NCBI GenBank assembly: GCA_963664305.2
Contig: CAXXLV010000002.1
Location: forward strand, 480,001 to 544,000
Reading direction: 5' to 3'
Source: an uncultured Aliarcobacter sp.
GTDB lineage: Bacteria > Campylobacterota > Campylobacteria > Campylobacterales > Arcobacteraceae
DNA length: 64,000 nt
Part shown: in pieces, positions 21,464-32,357 of the stretch
How positions within the stretch are numbered: the first letter of the stretch is position 1
Layout: each line of letters starts with the position of its first letter
Position numbers and translations under genes: made by a program
Notes under the pieces: generated by a model
Seen by the model: only the letters and a program-made list of their open reading frames with translations
The model's database searches: none
What the model was told of the DNA's origin: nothing

Positions 21464-24205
21464 TTAGATAGTTTCTTTTAAATCTTTGTTTCTTATTGCA
21501 AGTAAAATAGTAATAATAACTAAAGATACAGTTACGTAAGCCCAAACTGGAATTGGAACTGGATCACCTGTTGCATAAGAGTGCATTCCTGATAAATAGA
21601 AGTTAACTCCTAAATAAGTCATTAAAATAGAACTAAATGCTAATACAGATGCTGTTGCAAATACAAATGGAGTATTTAGAGATTTTACAAATCTTAAATG
21701 AATTACAAATGCATAAACAACGATTGATACATAAGCCCAAGTCTCTTTTGGATCCCAGCCCCAATATCTTCCCCAAGATTCATTTGCCCAAACTCCACCA
21801 AGGAAGTTACCAACAGTAATAGCTGCAAGTCCAATAATTAAAGCAATTTCATTAATAGCTGTAACGTGTTTGATTATATCATCAAGGTGTGGTCTATTTT
21901 TTCTAAAAATAAACATGATTAATGTTAAGAAACCTAAAATTGCTCCAAGTCCAAAGAATCCATAAGAAGCTGTTAAAATTGAAACGTGGATAGTTAACCA
22001 GTATGATTTTAAAACTGGAACTAAGTTTGTAATTTGTGGGTCAACATCTGTTAGGTGAGCTGTAAACATAAAAATTCCAGCAATAATAACAGCTGCACTT
22101 AATGCTAAAAGAGATTTTCTAAAGAAAATAACTCCTGCAAATACTGCAGACCAAGAGATATAAACTAATGTTTCATAAATATTTGACCAAGGTGCATGTC
22201 CTGATAGAACCCATCTATAACCCATACCAAATGTTTGTAAAGCAAATAAAATTGCCAAAATTACAAAGAATGATGTAGTGATTTTTTTAGGTTTAAACTC
22301 AGGTTTGAAAATCACAATAAATGCTACAACTAACATTACAAAACCAAGAAGTACATATGCTAAAGTTAATTTGAAGAAGATATCAATTTTATTAAATAAT
22401 ATTTCAGCGTCAATTTTTGATTTTGAAAGCATTACATCTGCTCCAACTTTTTCTTGATATAATGAAATCATATTAATAAAGTTGTCTGCATCTTCCCATT
22501 TTCCTTCAACAATAGCGTTTACAAAACCTCTTGTTATAGTTTCAACTGCTGCTTGATTTTGTCCTGTAAAAGTTTGCATAGCTTCTAATGGAGAATACCA
22601 TTTTGAATTATCATCTTGAGCTGTTGTATCTTTAACTTTTGGGAAGATATTTAATAATGAACCATTAAATACTGAATACATAATATTTAATTTTTCATCT
22701 AATTTGATAATATCTTTTTCGTAAGTTCCTCTTTCAATTGGTTTTGTTTGAAGAGCTTTTTCTGCTTCAGCTGCTAATAAATATTCACCATTTCTAAATA
22801 CTTCAGAAAAGGCAATATATTTTTCATTTACATCAACACCTAAAAATTTTTTTAATTTTGGTGTTTGGATTTTTATCATCTTAACATCTTTCCAAACATC
22901 AGGTTTAGATAACATTCCTAAAATTAATTGGTCAGCAGTCATTCCTAAAAAAGATGCTTTTCCACTTAATTTTTGAATAATTTCTCTATCTAAAGTTGCT
23001 AATGGTTTCATTCTTCCACCATTACTTTGTACAACTAAATGACCAAATTTATCAGCTGTTTGTAAAGATTCATCTTTTAATTTATTTAAATAATCTACAG
23101 TTTGTGTTGTAGCATCTACTTCTGGCTGATTTTCAGCAGCATTAAGTGATACTGTACTAAAAGCACATGCAATAACAATTGCAATCGATGCAAGATTTTT
23201 ACCACTAACAAATTTTGTTAATTTCCAAAATCTTGATTTTTTGTCAAAGAAATTCATTAATAATCCAAGTGTTAATAAGAAATATCCTAAATAAGTTGGC
23301 CATTTTCCTGGGTCATTATTTACAGATAAAATTGTTCCTGTTTCATCAGGAAAATAAGAACTTTGGAAAAATAAGAAGTTTCCTTCATTTAAAGTTCTAT
23401 TCATAAATATTCTATAATCATAAGATTTTCCATCTTCTTTAATAACTGTAACTTCAGATGCATAAGAAGAAGGAGACATACTTCCTGGATATCTATCTAA
23501 TTGGAAGTCATTTAACTTGATAGAAAACGGTAAATCAATTATTTTTGAACCATAACCTAAAGTTACTTTTATATCTCCAAATTGTAAATCTCTAGGAATT
23601 GGAGCTTGTCCTCTCATTCCTGGTAATCTAATTTCTTGTTTTTCTCCATTTAAATTAACTTCAACAGTTGTTAATCCCATTTTTCCACCATTTTTCTTAA
23701 CAAACATATAATCTTTATAATTTACTTCTAAAGATTTATCTCCAAAATGAATAACATGTGAAAAATTGTTTAAAGATGAAAGTAATGAAGTGAACTCTTT
23801 TTGATATTCTTGGTAATAAACTTGATTTCCATCAGTTATAGTAACTTGTAAATAAGGTTCAAGTGAAAGCATTTTATTTTCTGTTTGACCTTCTGGTATT
23901 TGCATAATACCTTCATATCCAACATATCTTGTTATTCCTGCACCAATAAGAATAATTACAAAAGATGAGTGGAAGATAAATCGTGCTTTGCTTTTCCACA
24001 TTTTATATTTAAAAATTATTCCGATTAGATTAATAGTAGTTAATACAAGAACAGTTTCATACCATAGGTTATTGTAAACCAAAACTCTTGCTGAAGATGT
24101 ACCAAAATCATTTTCTATAAAGGTAGCAACTCCCGCCCCAATTGCTAGTAAAGCAAGTAAAATCAATGTAGTCTTAAATGAGAATAAGACATTTATAAGC
24201 TTCAA
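21464..24205 (-). CDS. ccsA: Fused system II cytochrome c synthase CcsBA
   Basis: WWD motif WANESWGRYWGWDPKETW, HAPWSN, SYWLTIHV and GMHSYA, plus an N-terminal ResB-like region. TTG start. Confidence 0.93.
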   Translation of the reverse strand: MKLINVLFSFKTTLILLALLAIGAGVATFIENDFGTSSARVLVYNNLWYETVLVLTTINLIGIIFKYKMWKSKARFIFHSSFVIILIGAGITRYVGYEGIMQIPEGQTENKMLSLEPYLQVTITDGNQVYYQEYQKEFTSLLSSLNNFSHVIHFGDKSLEVNYKDYMFVKKNGGKMGLTTVEVNLNGEKQEIRLPGMRGQAPIPRDLQFGDIKVTLGYGSKIIDLPFSIKLNDFQLDRYPGSMSPSSYASEVTVIKEDGKSYDYRIFMNRTLNEGNFLFFQSSYFPDETGTILSVNNDPGKWPTYLGYFLLTLGLLMNFFDKKSRFWKLTKFVSGKNLASIAIVIACAFSTVSLNAAENQPEVDATTQTVDYLNKLKDESLQTADKFGHLVVQSNGGRMKPLATLDREIIQKLSGKASFLGMTADQLILGMLSKPDVWKDVKMIKIQTPKLKKFLGVDVNEKYIAFSEVFRNGEYLLAAEAEKALQTKPIERGTYEKDIIKLDEKLNIMYSVFNGSLLNIFPKVKDTTAQDDNSKWYSPLEAMQTFTGQNQAAVETITRGFVNAIVEGKWEDADNFINMISLYQEKVGADVMLSKSKIDAEILFNKIDIFFKLTLAYVLLGFVMLVVAFIVIFKPEFKPKKITTSFFVILAILFALQTFGMGYRWVLSGHAPWSNIYETLVYISWSAVFAGVIFFRKSLLALSAAVIIAGIFMFTAHLTDVDPQITNLVPVLKSYWLTIHVSILTASYGFFGLGAILGFLTLIMFIFRKNRPHLDDIIKHVTAINEIALIIGLAAITVGNFLGGVWANESWGRYWGWDPKETWAYVSIVVYAFVIHLRFVKSLNTPFVFATASVLAFSSILMTYLGVNFYLSGMHSYATGDPVPIPVWAYVTVSLVIITILLAIRNKDLKETI

Positions 24206-24326
24206 AAAATATCCTTTAAAATTTTTATTTTGATGATTATATTAATAAGAAGTTAACTCAGCGTTAATGAAATGTCAATTTTATGTCATCCTTATTAATT
24301 TAAGATGGAATTTTATCTTAAAAATT

Positions 24327-24332
24327 TATAAT
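24327..24332 (+). promoter_or_regulatory. -10 box, candidate leaderless promoter of cmoB
   Basis: TATAAT lies 6 nt before the ATG at 24339, with no Shine-Dalgarno sequence. Confidence 0.55.
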
Positions 24333-24338
24333 TACGTC

Positions 24339-25253
24339 ATGAATTTAGAAATATTACAAAATAAAAAACAAGAATGTCGTACTTGGAAAAATGTTGAGCC
24401 TTGGTATTTACAACTTCAAGAAGCTTGTAAAATAGAAAAAGCTGATTTAAAAATAGATTATGGGGATTGGTTTAGTGTTGGAGAAAAAGAGGATTTAACA
24501 CAAGAAGAATATGAAGTTGTTTTAGAAACAGCTAAAAAATTAATTCCTTGGAGAAAAGGTCCTTTTAAAGTTTTTGGTTTAGAAATAGATAGCGAATGGC
24601 AAAGTAACATTAAATATAATTTGATACGTCCATATTTTAATCTTAAAGATAAGGTTGTTGCAGATATTGGTTGTAACAATGGTTATTATATGTTTAGAAT
24701 GCTTGAAGATAAACCTAAAAGATTAATTGGATTTGACCCAAGTCCGTTGACTTTACATCAATTTGAGTTCATTAATCATTTTGTAAAATCTGATATTATT
24801 TATGAAATGTTAGGTGTTGAGCATTTAGAATTCTATAATCATAAATTTGATTTTATTTTTATGTTAGGTGTTTTATATCATAGACCAGACCCAGTTGGAA
24901 CTTTAAAATCATTGGCTAGAGGATTAAATAGCAAAGGTGAAATCTTAATTGATACTTTTATGATAGATGGAGAAGAAGAAATTTGTTTAACACCAAATAA
25001 AAGATATTCAAAAATCCCAAATATCTATTTTATTCCAACAATTCCAGCACTTAAAAATTGGTTAGAAAGAGCAGGGTTTGAGAATATTGAAGTATTAGCA
25101 ACAACTGTAACAACGAGTGAAGAACAAAGAAAAACAGAATGGTCATTTGACCAAAGTTTAGAAGATTTTTTAGACCCAAATGATAATACAAAAACAGTTG
25201 AGGGATATCCTGCACCTAAAAGAGTTTATATAAAAGCTAGAAAAGTTTTATAA
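24339..25253 (+). CDS. cmoB: tRNA U34 carboxymethyltransferase
   Basis: Motifs PWRKGPF, IDSEWQS, DIGCNNGYY, GVLYHR and TVEGYPAPKR. Start moved to MNLEIL. Confidence 0.95.
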   Translation: MNLEILQNKKQECRTWKNVEPWYLQLQEACKIEKADLKIDYGDWFSVGEKEDLTQEEYEVVLETAKKLIPWRKGPFKVFGLEIDSEWQSNIKYNLIRPYFNLKDKVVADIGCNNGYYMFRMLEDKPKRLIGFDPSPLTLHQFEFINHFVKSDIIYEMLGVEHLEFYNHKFDFIFMLGVLYHRPDPVGTLKSLARGLNSKGEILIDTFMIDGEEEICLTPNKRYSKIPNIYFIPTIPALKNWLERAGFENIEVLATTVTTSEEQRKTEWSFDQSLEDFLDPNDNTKTVEGYPAPKRVYIKARKVL

Positions 25254-25261
25254 AAGATAAA

Positions 25262-25291
25262 ATACTATAGATTAAAATAAATCTATAGTAT
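25262..25291. terminator. Hairpin at convergent junction
   Basis: ATACTATAGATT-AAAATA-AATCTATAGTAT, overlapping the 3' end of the GGDEF gene. Confidence 0.55.
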
Positions 25292-26246
25292 CTTCTGCAC
25301 TTAAATCACTAAATTTGAATAATTGACTTCTACCTTTATTTTTCGCTTCATAAAGAGCAATGTCAGCATTTTTTATACATTCTGTAATTGAAGAATCAGA
25401 ATCAATTTTATAAATTTCAAATCCTATGCAGATAGTTTTTTTCAAAATTTGTTTTGTTTCTTCATTTACAACTATGTCAACTAAAGCAAAATCAGAGATG
25501 ATTTTCTTAGCTAATTCAGTTGCATGATATTCATTGGCATTATTTAAAATAGATACTAAAAATTCATCTCCATTTAATCTTCCAACCATATCAAATTCAT
25601 TTATATTTGAGTGAATTACTTTTGCTAGTTCAATTAAAACTTTATCTGCAACATCATAATCAAACTCATCAATAACAGCTTTAAAATGGTCAATACCAAT
25701 CATTAAAAAATATATTTCAGTTTGTTTATTATTTGAAATTCTAAGATGTTTAGTTAGATTATCAATAAGATAATTTCTATTATAAACATTTGTTACTGAG
25801 TCTAAAGAAGAAGAATCTATAAAATTCTTTTTCAATATAGCACTTTGAACCATAGGAGAAACTTGAAAAAATGCTGCTTCAATAACAGAATATCTCTCTT
25901 CTAAAATCTTATGGTGAACTTTTGATGTTGCACAAAATGAAACAGTTGCATTTAAACTTGTATGAGTATTTATTATAAAAAAATGCGATAAATCATCATC
26001 TAAAAAGAAATCTTGTCCTTTTACTAAAATTTCTTCTTTTGTATTTTTATTTATGTCAAATAATGAAAATACCATATTATCTATATTAAATTCTTTATTT
26101 AACCAGTTAAAAATATCTTCTGCTAATTGTTTTATATTTGTGGCATATTGAAGCTGTTCATGAAGATTAAAAATGCTAACTAAAGATTTATAAGCATCTT
26201 CATTTGTAGCAGATAATTTAATTAATTCAAGAATTTTATTTTTCAT
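25272..26246 (-). CDS. GGDEF-domain protein, degenerate active site (NGDEF)
   Basis: Motifs DSVTNVYNR, GIDHFKAVID, GRLNGDEF and ADIALYEAKNKGR. Confidence 0.88.
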   Translation of the reverse strand: MKNKILELIKLSATNEDAYKSLVSIFNLHEQLQYATNIKQLAEDIFNWLNKEFNIDNMVFSLFDINKNTKEEILVKGQDFFLDDDLSHFFIINTHTSLNATVSFCATSKVHHKILEERYSVIEAAFFQVSPMVQSAILKKNFIDSSSLDSVTNVYNRNYLIDNLTKHLRISNNKQTEIYFLMIGIDHFKAVIDEFDYDVADKVLIELAKVIHSNINEFDMVGRLNGDEFLVSILNNANEYHATELAKKIISDFALVDIVVNEETKQILKKTICIGFEIYKIDSDSSITECIKNADIALYEAKNKGRSQLFKFSDLSAEDTIDLF

Positions 26247-26254
26247 ATTTTTAC

Positions 26255-27157
26255 CTAAAAGAAATCTATTTTATTTGTATCTTCTTCATTGAATAAAAAA
26301 ACTTGTCCTCTTCCTCTATTTTTAGCTTCATATAGAGCAATGTCAGATTTTTTTATGATTTCTTCAATTGTTGTTGCATTATCTGGATAAATAGATATTC
26401 CACCACAAATTGTTTTCATTAATACTTGTTTTGTCTCTTCATTAATAACAACTTTTTCTTTACTGAAGTTATTAATAAGTTTTTCAGTAATGAGTATAGC
26501 ATTGTTTTCATTAATTATATTTAATAAAATAACCAAAAATTCGTCATTTGAGATTTTGATAACTATATCTGATTCTCTTACACTATTTTTTAAAGTTTGG
26601 GCTAACGCTTTTAAAACTTTATCTCCAATTTCATAATCAAATTCATCAATTACTGCTTTAAATTGGTCAATTGCTATTTTAACAAATGCTATTTTCTTTT
26701 GTTCTCTGTTTGATAAACTCAAAAGATTTCCAACATAATTATTTAAATAACATCTATTATATGAGCCTGTAACATGGTCAACTAGTGACATTTCACTTAA
26801 AGTTTTTTCCATATATTTATTATATAAAGATTGCGAAAAAATTTGTAAAGATAGTTTAATAAAATTTAGATTTTCTTTTATTGAATTAAATTCTTCTTCC
26901 GTTTTTGATAAAAAACTAAAGATTATTTCAGTGTCACAACTTTGTTTAAATTCTAGGGTATTTATAAAATAATTTATTTGTGGGTTAGAACATGAAAATA
27001 AATTCTCAATTTTATCATTTTTCTTAATATCAATTTTAAGAGTTTCTATTTTGTGATGTAAGTTTAAATAATCAAAAATATTTAAACAACTTTTTTCTAA
27101 ATCAGAAAGTTTTAATTTTTCATTCTCATTTATAATCGTTTCGCAAGATAAATTCAT
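26255..27157 (-). CDS. GGDEF-domain protein, degenerate active site (SNDEF)
   Basis: Motifs DHVTGSYNR, AIDQFKAVID, KISNDEF and SDIALYEAKNRGR. Confidence 0.88.
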   Translation of the reverse strand: MNLSCETIINENEKLKLSDLEKSCLNIFDYLNLHHKIETLKIDIKKNDKIENLFSCSNPQINYFINTLEFKQSCDTEIIFSFLSKTEEEFNSIKENLNFIKLSLQIFSQSLYNKYMEKTLSEMSLVDHVTGSYNRCYLNNYVGNLLSLSNREQKKIAFVKIAIDQFKAVIDEFDYEIGDKVLKALAQTLKNSVRESDIVIKISNDEFLVILLNIINENNAILITEKLINNFSKEKVVINEETKQVLMKTICGGISIYPDNATTIEEIIKKSDIALYEAKNRGRGQVFLFNEEDTNKIDFF

Positions 27158-27170
27158 AAATCAAGCCTTT

Positions 27171-27764
27171 TTATATATGTTTTTCCCATTGTCTAAGAGA
27201 AGGAATTTCATTTCTTAATGTCGTTTTATCCCCATGCCCTGGATAAATATGAAAATCTTCTTCCCATTTTAAAATTTTATTTAAACTTCGTTTCATTAAC
27301 GTAGCATTTGAATTAGGGAAGTCAAATCTTCCAATAGTTCCTTTAAAAATAAAGTCTCCACTAAATAAATGTTTGTCAATTTGAATAGCACTACAACCAG
27401 GAGTATGACCTGGAAAATGATGAAATTTTATTTTTATTCCTTCTATTTCTAACTCTTCATCTGGATTAACAAGAACATCAGCGAAAGATGCAGGCATTCC
27501 TAATCCATATGGATCTAATGTTAACATAAATTCATCATCTTTTGGAGTGTAAAGTTTAATTCCAAAATTTTCTTTTACAGCTTGATTTGACCATACATGG
27601 TCAAAATGTCCATGTGTATTTAAAACTGCTATTGGATTTTTTGCGTACATTTTTAGCCAAGAAAGTGCATTAACCCCTGGATCTATGATTATATCTTTTT
27701 CATTAATTGTTACGATATAACAATTAGTTTGATAGTCACCCATTGGTTGTACTTTTATATCCAT
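27171..27764 (-). CDS. MBL-fold metallo-hydrolase (glyoxalase II / YcbL-like)
   Basis: Motifs THGHFDH, PGHTPG, SGDFIF and PGHG. Confidence 0.92.
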   Translation of the reverse strand: MDIKVQPMGDYQTNCYIVTINEKDIIIDPGVNALSWLKMYAKNPIAVLNTHGHFDHVWSNQAVKENFGIKLYTPKDDEFMLTLDPYGLGMPASFADVLVNPDEELEIEGIKIKFHHFPGHTPGCSAIQIDKHLFSGDFIFKGTIGRFDFPNSNATLMKRSLNKILKWEEDFHIYPGHGDKTTLRNEIPSLRQWEKHI

Positions 27765-27818
27765 TTTAAACCTTACTTTGATAAAATTAAATTCATTATA
27801 TCAAAAAAGAGGTTATTT

Positions 27819-28637
27819 ATGGATTATTTTAAAACACTTGAAGAAATTTTATTTACAAGTGAGCCTAAAAATAAAATTGAAAAATTTAGAAATTTTTATG
27901 ATAATTTTTTAAATGGTAATTTTTATTTTAACGATTCTTATGAACCTTATAAATTTGATAAACCATCTTATTCGACTTTTTTAGAAATTGTAAAACCAAC
28001 AGCTTTACCTCCAATAAAAAATTTTAAAACTATTGAAGGGAAAAAATATTTAGTACATACAATTTTACATATTGAGTATTCAGCGATTGATTTAGCATTA
28101 GATGCAGCTTTAAGATATAAAGATTTACCAATAGAATATTATAAAGATTGGTTAGAAGTAGCTGATGATGAAATAAGACATTTTTTAATGCTTGAAGAAT
28201 TACTAACTGAACTTGGAGGAGTTTATGGAGAGTTTCCAGTTCATAAAAATCTTTTTGAAGCGATGGAACAAACTCCTGAATTTTTAAGAAGAATGGCAGC
28301 AGTTCCTAGATATCTTGAAGCAAATGGACTTGACCAAAATCCAAAAATTATGGAAAAATTAAATTCAAATAGAGATGAATTTAATATAAAGTTTATAGAA
28401 GCATTAAGAGTTATTTTAGAAGAAGAAGTAAGTCATGTTAAAAAAGGTGATATTTGGTTTAAATATGAGTGTGAAAGATTAAATCTAGAACCAGAAAAAA
28501 CATATCTACAGATAATTGAAGAGGTTTTCCCAGGCTCAACTACTAGAAAAATGGATTTAAATTTTGATGCAAGAAAAGAGGCTGGATTTTCTTGTTCAGA
28601 ATTAAAATATTTATCTAAAAAAGAGGATTGTAACTGA
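27819..28637 (+). CDS. Ferritin-like DUF455 protein
   Basis: Motifs HIEYSAIDLALD, DEIRHF, LEANGLD and EEVSHV. Start moved to MDYFK, which follows GAGG. Confidence 0.85.
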   Translation: MDYFKTLEEILFTSEPKNKIEKFRNFYDNFLNGNFYFNDSYEPYKFDKPSYSTFLEIVKPTALPPIKNFKTIEGKKYLVHTILHIEYSAIDLALDAALRYKDLPIEYYKDWLEVADDEIRHFLMLEELLTELGGVYGEFPVHKNLFEAMEQTPEFLRRMAAVPRYLEANGLDQNPKIMEKLNSNRDEFNIKFIEALRVILEEEVSHVKKGDIWFKYECERLNLEPEKTYLQIIEEVFPGSTTRKMDLNFDARKEAGFSCSELKYLSKKEDCN

Positions 28638-29296
28638 TGATAAATTCAAATTATGATATTTTGCTTTCAACTATCCAAAAATCAGATGCAGCAATAAAAC
28701 AAGAAGTTGATAGGTTTTTAAATAAATTAGTTGATGTTAGAAATGAAGATAAAACTTCTAGAACAAATGCTTTAACATATGAGAATATAAAAGGTATAAG
28801 TTTAGAAGAGATAGAAACTTTATTTGTTAGTGAAGATGATAAAAATATGGCAAAAAATCTAAGACTTGCAACTCTATTTTCAAGTGATGAAAATTTGTCA
28901 AAAGCTTTATTTAACACAGTTTTAGGAAAACCTTTTAATTTGGGATACTCTTATTTGACTGATAGATACAATGACAAAAATATATTTTTAAATTCAAATA
29001 GTAGTAGTTTATTTGATATGTTAGATTCTTCAATTAGAAGTAAAATAAATAATTCTCAAACAAATTCAACTGATGTAATATCTCAAGATAAATTAGATGA
29101 GATATTAACAAAAGTAAACTCTTTTAATTTTTTGAGTGCTTTATCAAATAATTCAAAAAGAGGTTATGATAAGTATAAAGATGAAAAAAGTGATTATTCA
29201 TTTTTATACAATGATTATTATTTACAATACCAAGAACTTATTTCTAAATATCAAGATTTAGAAAATTTCAATAAAAATTTAATAAAACAGTTTTAA
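28637..29296 (+). CDS. Hypothetical protein (Asn/Ser/Asp-rich)
   Basis: 219-aa ORF whose start overlaps the upstream stop (TGATG). No motif recognised. Confidence 0.7.
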   Translation: MINSNYDILLSTIQKSDAAIKQEVDRFLNKLVDVRNEDKTSRTNALTYENIKGISLEEIETLFVSEDDKNMAKNLRLATLFSSDENLSKALFNTVLGKPFNLGYSYLTDRYNDKNIFLNSNSSSLFDMLDSSIRSKINNSQTNSTDVISQDKLDEILTKVNSFNFLSALSNNSKRGYDKYKDEKSDYSFLYNDYYLQYQELISKYQDLENFNKNLIKQF

Positions 29297-29886
29297 AAAA
29301 TATTTATAAATAGATGTAATTTTAAATTGTCATTTTCATTAGTTAATTTTAATTTTGAACTAATTCTATGTCTTGATAATTCACCTTCTATTGTTTGTAG
29401 AATATGCCAAAATTTTTCGTTGAAAGGCATTTCAAGTTTTTTTATTTTGTGTTTTATTATCAATTCAACAATAGTTTGAATACAATGAAAATAGAAGATT
29501 TTATTTTTTGCTCTTTGAATTTTATAGTTTTTCATTAATTTTAGATTTGAAATATATGCATGTTTTTCAATATCTAATAGAGTAGTTCTATCTGCTATTT
29601 CTTTTTCTTCATTATCTAAGTGTATTAAATAAGAAGAAATTTCTCTATTCATAGTATTTTCTAAATTAGGATGAAATTTTAAAAGAATATCTAAAACTTC
29701 ATTTGATGATAAATTTTTATGATTTATTTGATTTGAATAAACTTTTTTCTCTTCGTAAGGGTGATTTATCGAATTTAAGATATCAATAGCAAAAGTTAAA
29801 TATACAAATTTATCCTCTTTACCATCTTTAAAAAAAATACCTTTTTCGTCTATAATTGGTTTTGGTCCTGCATATTCAACTTTCAT
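29293..29886 (-). CDS. Hypothetical protein
   Basis: 197-aa ORF with AAGGA RBS, directly downstream of trpB. Confidence 0.75.
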   Translation of the reverse strand: MKVEYAGPKPIIDEKGIFFKDGKEDKFVYLTFAIDILNSINHPYEEKKVYSNQINHKNLSSNEVLDILLKFHPNLENTMNREISSYLIHLDNEEKEIADRTTLLDIEKHAYISNLKLMKNYKIQRAKNKIFYFHCIQTIVELIIKHKIKKLEMPFNEKFWHILQTIEGELSRHRISSKLKLTNENDNLKLHLFINIF

Positions 29887-29900
29887 TATTTTTCCTTAAT

Positions 29901-31118
29901 TTAAAATTTTGAATTTGGAATAGGGTAGTTATTGATAACAAAGTCAATGTCTTTATCACCTCTACCACTAAGACTTACTAAAATAGTTTTGTCTTTATCT
30001 AAAGTTTTTGCTAATTTCATAGCGAAACCAACAGCATGAGCTGACTCAAGAGCTGGAATAATTCCCTCTAGTTGAGATAATTTATAAAATGCATCAACAG
30101 CTTCATTATCATCGCAAAGACCAACTTTACTTCTTCCAGATTCTTTTAAATAAGCATGTTCAGGACCAACAGATGGATAATCAATTCCACTTCCAATAGA
30201 GTAAACAGGAGCTGGATTTCCATCTTTATCTTTTAGCATAATAGAATTAAACCCATGCATAATTCCTTCTTCACCATAAGTTAAACTTGCACTATGTTCA
30301 CCAATTTTATCACCTTTTCCCATTGGTTCAACACCATAAAGTTCTACTTCTTTATCATCAATAAAACCAGAGAATAATCCCATAGCATTACTTCCACCAC
30401 CAACACAAGCAGCAACTGCATCAGGAAGTTTTCCTTCATGTTCTAAAAATTGCTCACGTGCTTCAAATCCAATTACACTTTGGAAATCTCTTACCATCAT
30501 AGGAAATGGATGTGGACCAACAACAGAACCAATACAATAAATAGAATTTTCTGTATCTGCTAAATATGCTTCAAAAGCTGAATCAACAGCTTCTTTTAAA
30601 GTTTTTAATCCGTGAGTTGCTGGAACAACTTTTGCTCCTAGAATTTTCATCCTAACTACATTTGGATGTTCTTTTGCAATATCAACTTCACCCATATGAA
30701 TTTCACACTCTAATCCAAAGTAAGCAGCAGCAGTTGCTAATGCAACTCCATGTTGACCAGCACCTGTTTCAGCAATTACTTTTTTCTTCCCTAAATGTTT
30801 AGCTAAGATAACTTCTGCCATACAGTGATTTAATTTATGAGCACCAGTGTGATTTAAATCTTCTCTTTTTAGATAAATTTTTGCTCCACCACAAAAGTTT
30901 GTAAGATTTTTTGCAAAAGATACAGGAGTAGGTCTTCCTTGGTAGTGTTTTCTTACATATTTTAATTCTTCTATAAATTTAGGAGAATTTTTTAATTCTG
31001 CATAAGCTTTTGTAATTTCTGCAAATGGTTTTTCAAGACTTGGAGGAATAAATGAACCCCCAAATTTACCAAAAAATCCATTACTATCTGGCATACTTTC
31101 TAAATATGATTTATTCAT
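29901..31118 (-). CDS. trpB: Tryptophan synthase beta chain
   Basis: [14 protein letters not shown] (PLP lysine), [23 protein letters not shown] and LSGRGDKD. Confidence 0.95.
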   Translation of the reverse strand: MNKSYLESMPDSNGFFGKFGGSFIPPSLEKPFAEITKAYAELKNSPKFIEELKYVRKHYQGRPTPVSFAKNLTNFCGGAKIYLKREDLNHTGAHKLNHCMAEVILAKHLGKKKVIAETGAGQHGVALATAAAYFGLECEIHMGEVDIAKEHPNVVRMKILGAKVVPATHGLKTLKEAVDSAFEAYLADTENSIYCIGSVVGPHPFPMMVRDFQSVIGFEAREQFLEHEGKLPDAVAACVGGGSNAMGLFSGFIDDKEVELYGVEPMGKGDKIGEHSASLTYGEEGIMHGFNSIMLKDKDGNPAPVYSIGSGIDYPSVGPEHAYLKESGRSKVGLCDDNEAVDAFYKLSQLEGIIPALESAHAVGFAMKLAKTLDKDKTILVSLSGRGDKDIDFVINNYPIPNSKF

Positions 31119-31150
31119 TTATTTCCCTTTTAATATATCAATTTATTTTT

Positions 31151-32269
31151 TTATGAAAACCATTTTTTTACTTTATCAAACATTGATTCAAATGTTGATT
31201 CGTGGGGTTTACTCTCTATTCCAAAACTATCTTGTAATTTTTCTAAAAGTTCTTTTTGTTCATTGTTTAAACTTTTTGGATATTCGATTTTTATTTGAAT
31301 AATTAAATCACCTTTTCCATAACCTTGAACAGATTTTACACCTTCACCTTTAAATGTAAATTGTTGTTTATCTTTTGCACCTTTTGGAATTTCAAGTTCT
31401 AGTTCACCTCTTAAACTTGGAACTTTGATTTTCCCTCCAAGAGCAACTTGTGTGAAGAAAATAGGGGCTTCAAAGTAAATATCATCATCATGTCTTACAA
31501 AATGAGAATCTTCTTTTACTTTTACTTGTAAATATAAATCTCCTCTTGAGCCGTCAGGTGCGATATTTCCTTTATTTGAAACTCTAATTCTCATTCCATC
31601 ATTTACACCTTCAGGAATATCCACTTTAAAGTTATCTTTTATCTCTTCATAACCAGTTCCACCGCATGATTTACAAGAATCTGATGCTGCTTGACCAGTT
31701 CCTCCACATCTAGGACAAGTTTGTGCAAACGTCATAAAACCTTGTCTTGAATGAACTTGACCATGTCCATTACAAGTAGAACAAGTAGCCATTTTTCCAT
31801 CTTTTGCCCCTGTTCCAGAACAAGGTTTACAAGCTGTTTTGTATTTATAATTTATCTCTTTTTTACATCCAAAAACAGCTTCATTGAATTCTAATTTAAC
31901 TTCAATAGTAACATCTAAGTTATAGTTATATGATTTTTTTTGTCTTCTTCCTCTTGAACTTGAACCAAATCCAAACATCTCTTCAAAAACTGAACTTAAA
32001 TCATCAAATCCACCAGAGAATCCTCCACCTCTTTGTCCATGACCTTCAAGTCCAGCTTTACCATATTTGTCATATATAGCTCTTTTTTCTTCATCACTTA
32101 AGACTTGATAAGCTTCATTTATAGCTTTAAATCTTTCTTCTGCTTCGTTATCACCTGGATTTTTATCAGGATGATATTTCATAGCCATTTGTCTATAGGC
32201 TTTTTTGATTGTACTTTTATCTGAACCTCTACTAACTTCTAGTAGTTCATAATAATCAATTTCAGTCAA
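31151..32269 (-). CDS. dnaJ: Chaperone DnaJ
   Basis: HPD motif, G/F-rich region and four CxxCxGxG repeats. TTG start. Confidence 0.97.
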   Translation of the reverse strand: MTEIDYYELLEVSRGSDKSTIKKAYRQMAMKYHPDKNPGDNEAEERFKAINEAYQVLSDEEKRAIYDKYGKAGLEGHGQRGGGFSGGFDDLSSVFEEMFGFGSSSRGRRQKKSYNYNLDVTIEVKLEFNEAVFGCKKEINYKYKTACKPCSGTGAKDGKMATCSTCNGHGQVHSRQGFMTFAQTCPRCGGTGQAASDSCKSCGGTGYEEIKDNFKVDIPEGVNDGMRIRVSNKGNIAPDGSRGDLYLQVKVKEDSHFVRHDDDIYFEAPIFFTQVALGGKIKVPSLRGELELEIPKGAKDKQQFTFKGEGVKSVQGYGKGDLIIQIKIEYPKSLNNEQKELLEKLQDSFGIESKPHESTFESMFDKVKKWFS

Positions 32270-32345
32270 TTTCTATCTCCCTAAAAAATAATCTAATAAA
32301 ATTTATGTAAGTCGCGATTTTATCTAAAAATAGTTAAATCTTAGA

Positions 32346-32351
32346 TATAAT
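32346..32351 (+). promoter_or_regulatory. -10 box, candidate leaderless promoter of recR
   Basis: TATAAT lies 6 nt before the ATG at 32358, with no SD. Confidence 0.6.
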
Positions 32352-32357
32352 CTTGCT

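Noticed and set aside
31151..32269. dnaJ without dnaK or grpE as an anomaly
   Set aside because: An unlinked dnaJ is normal in Campylobacterota.
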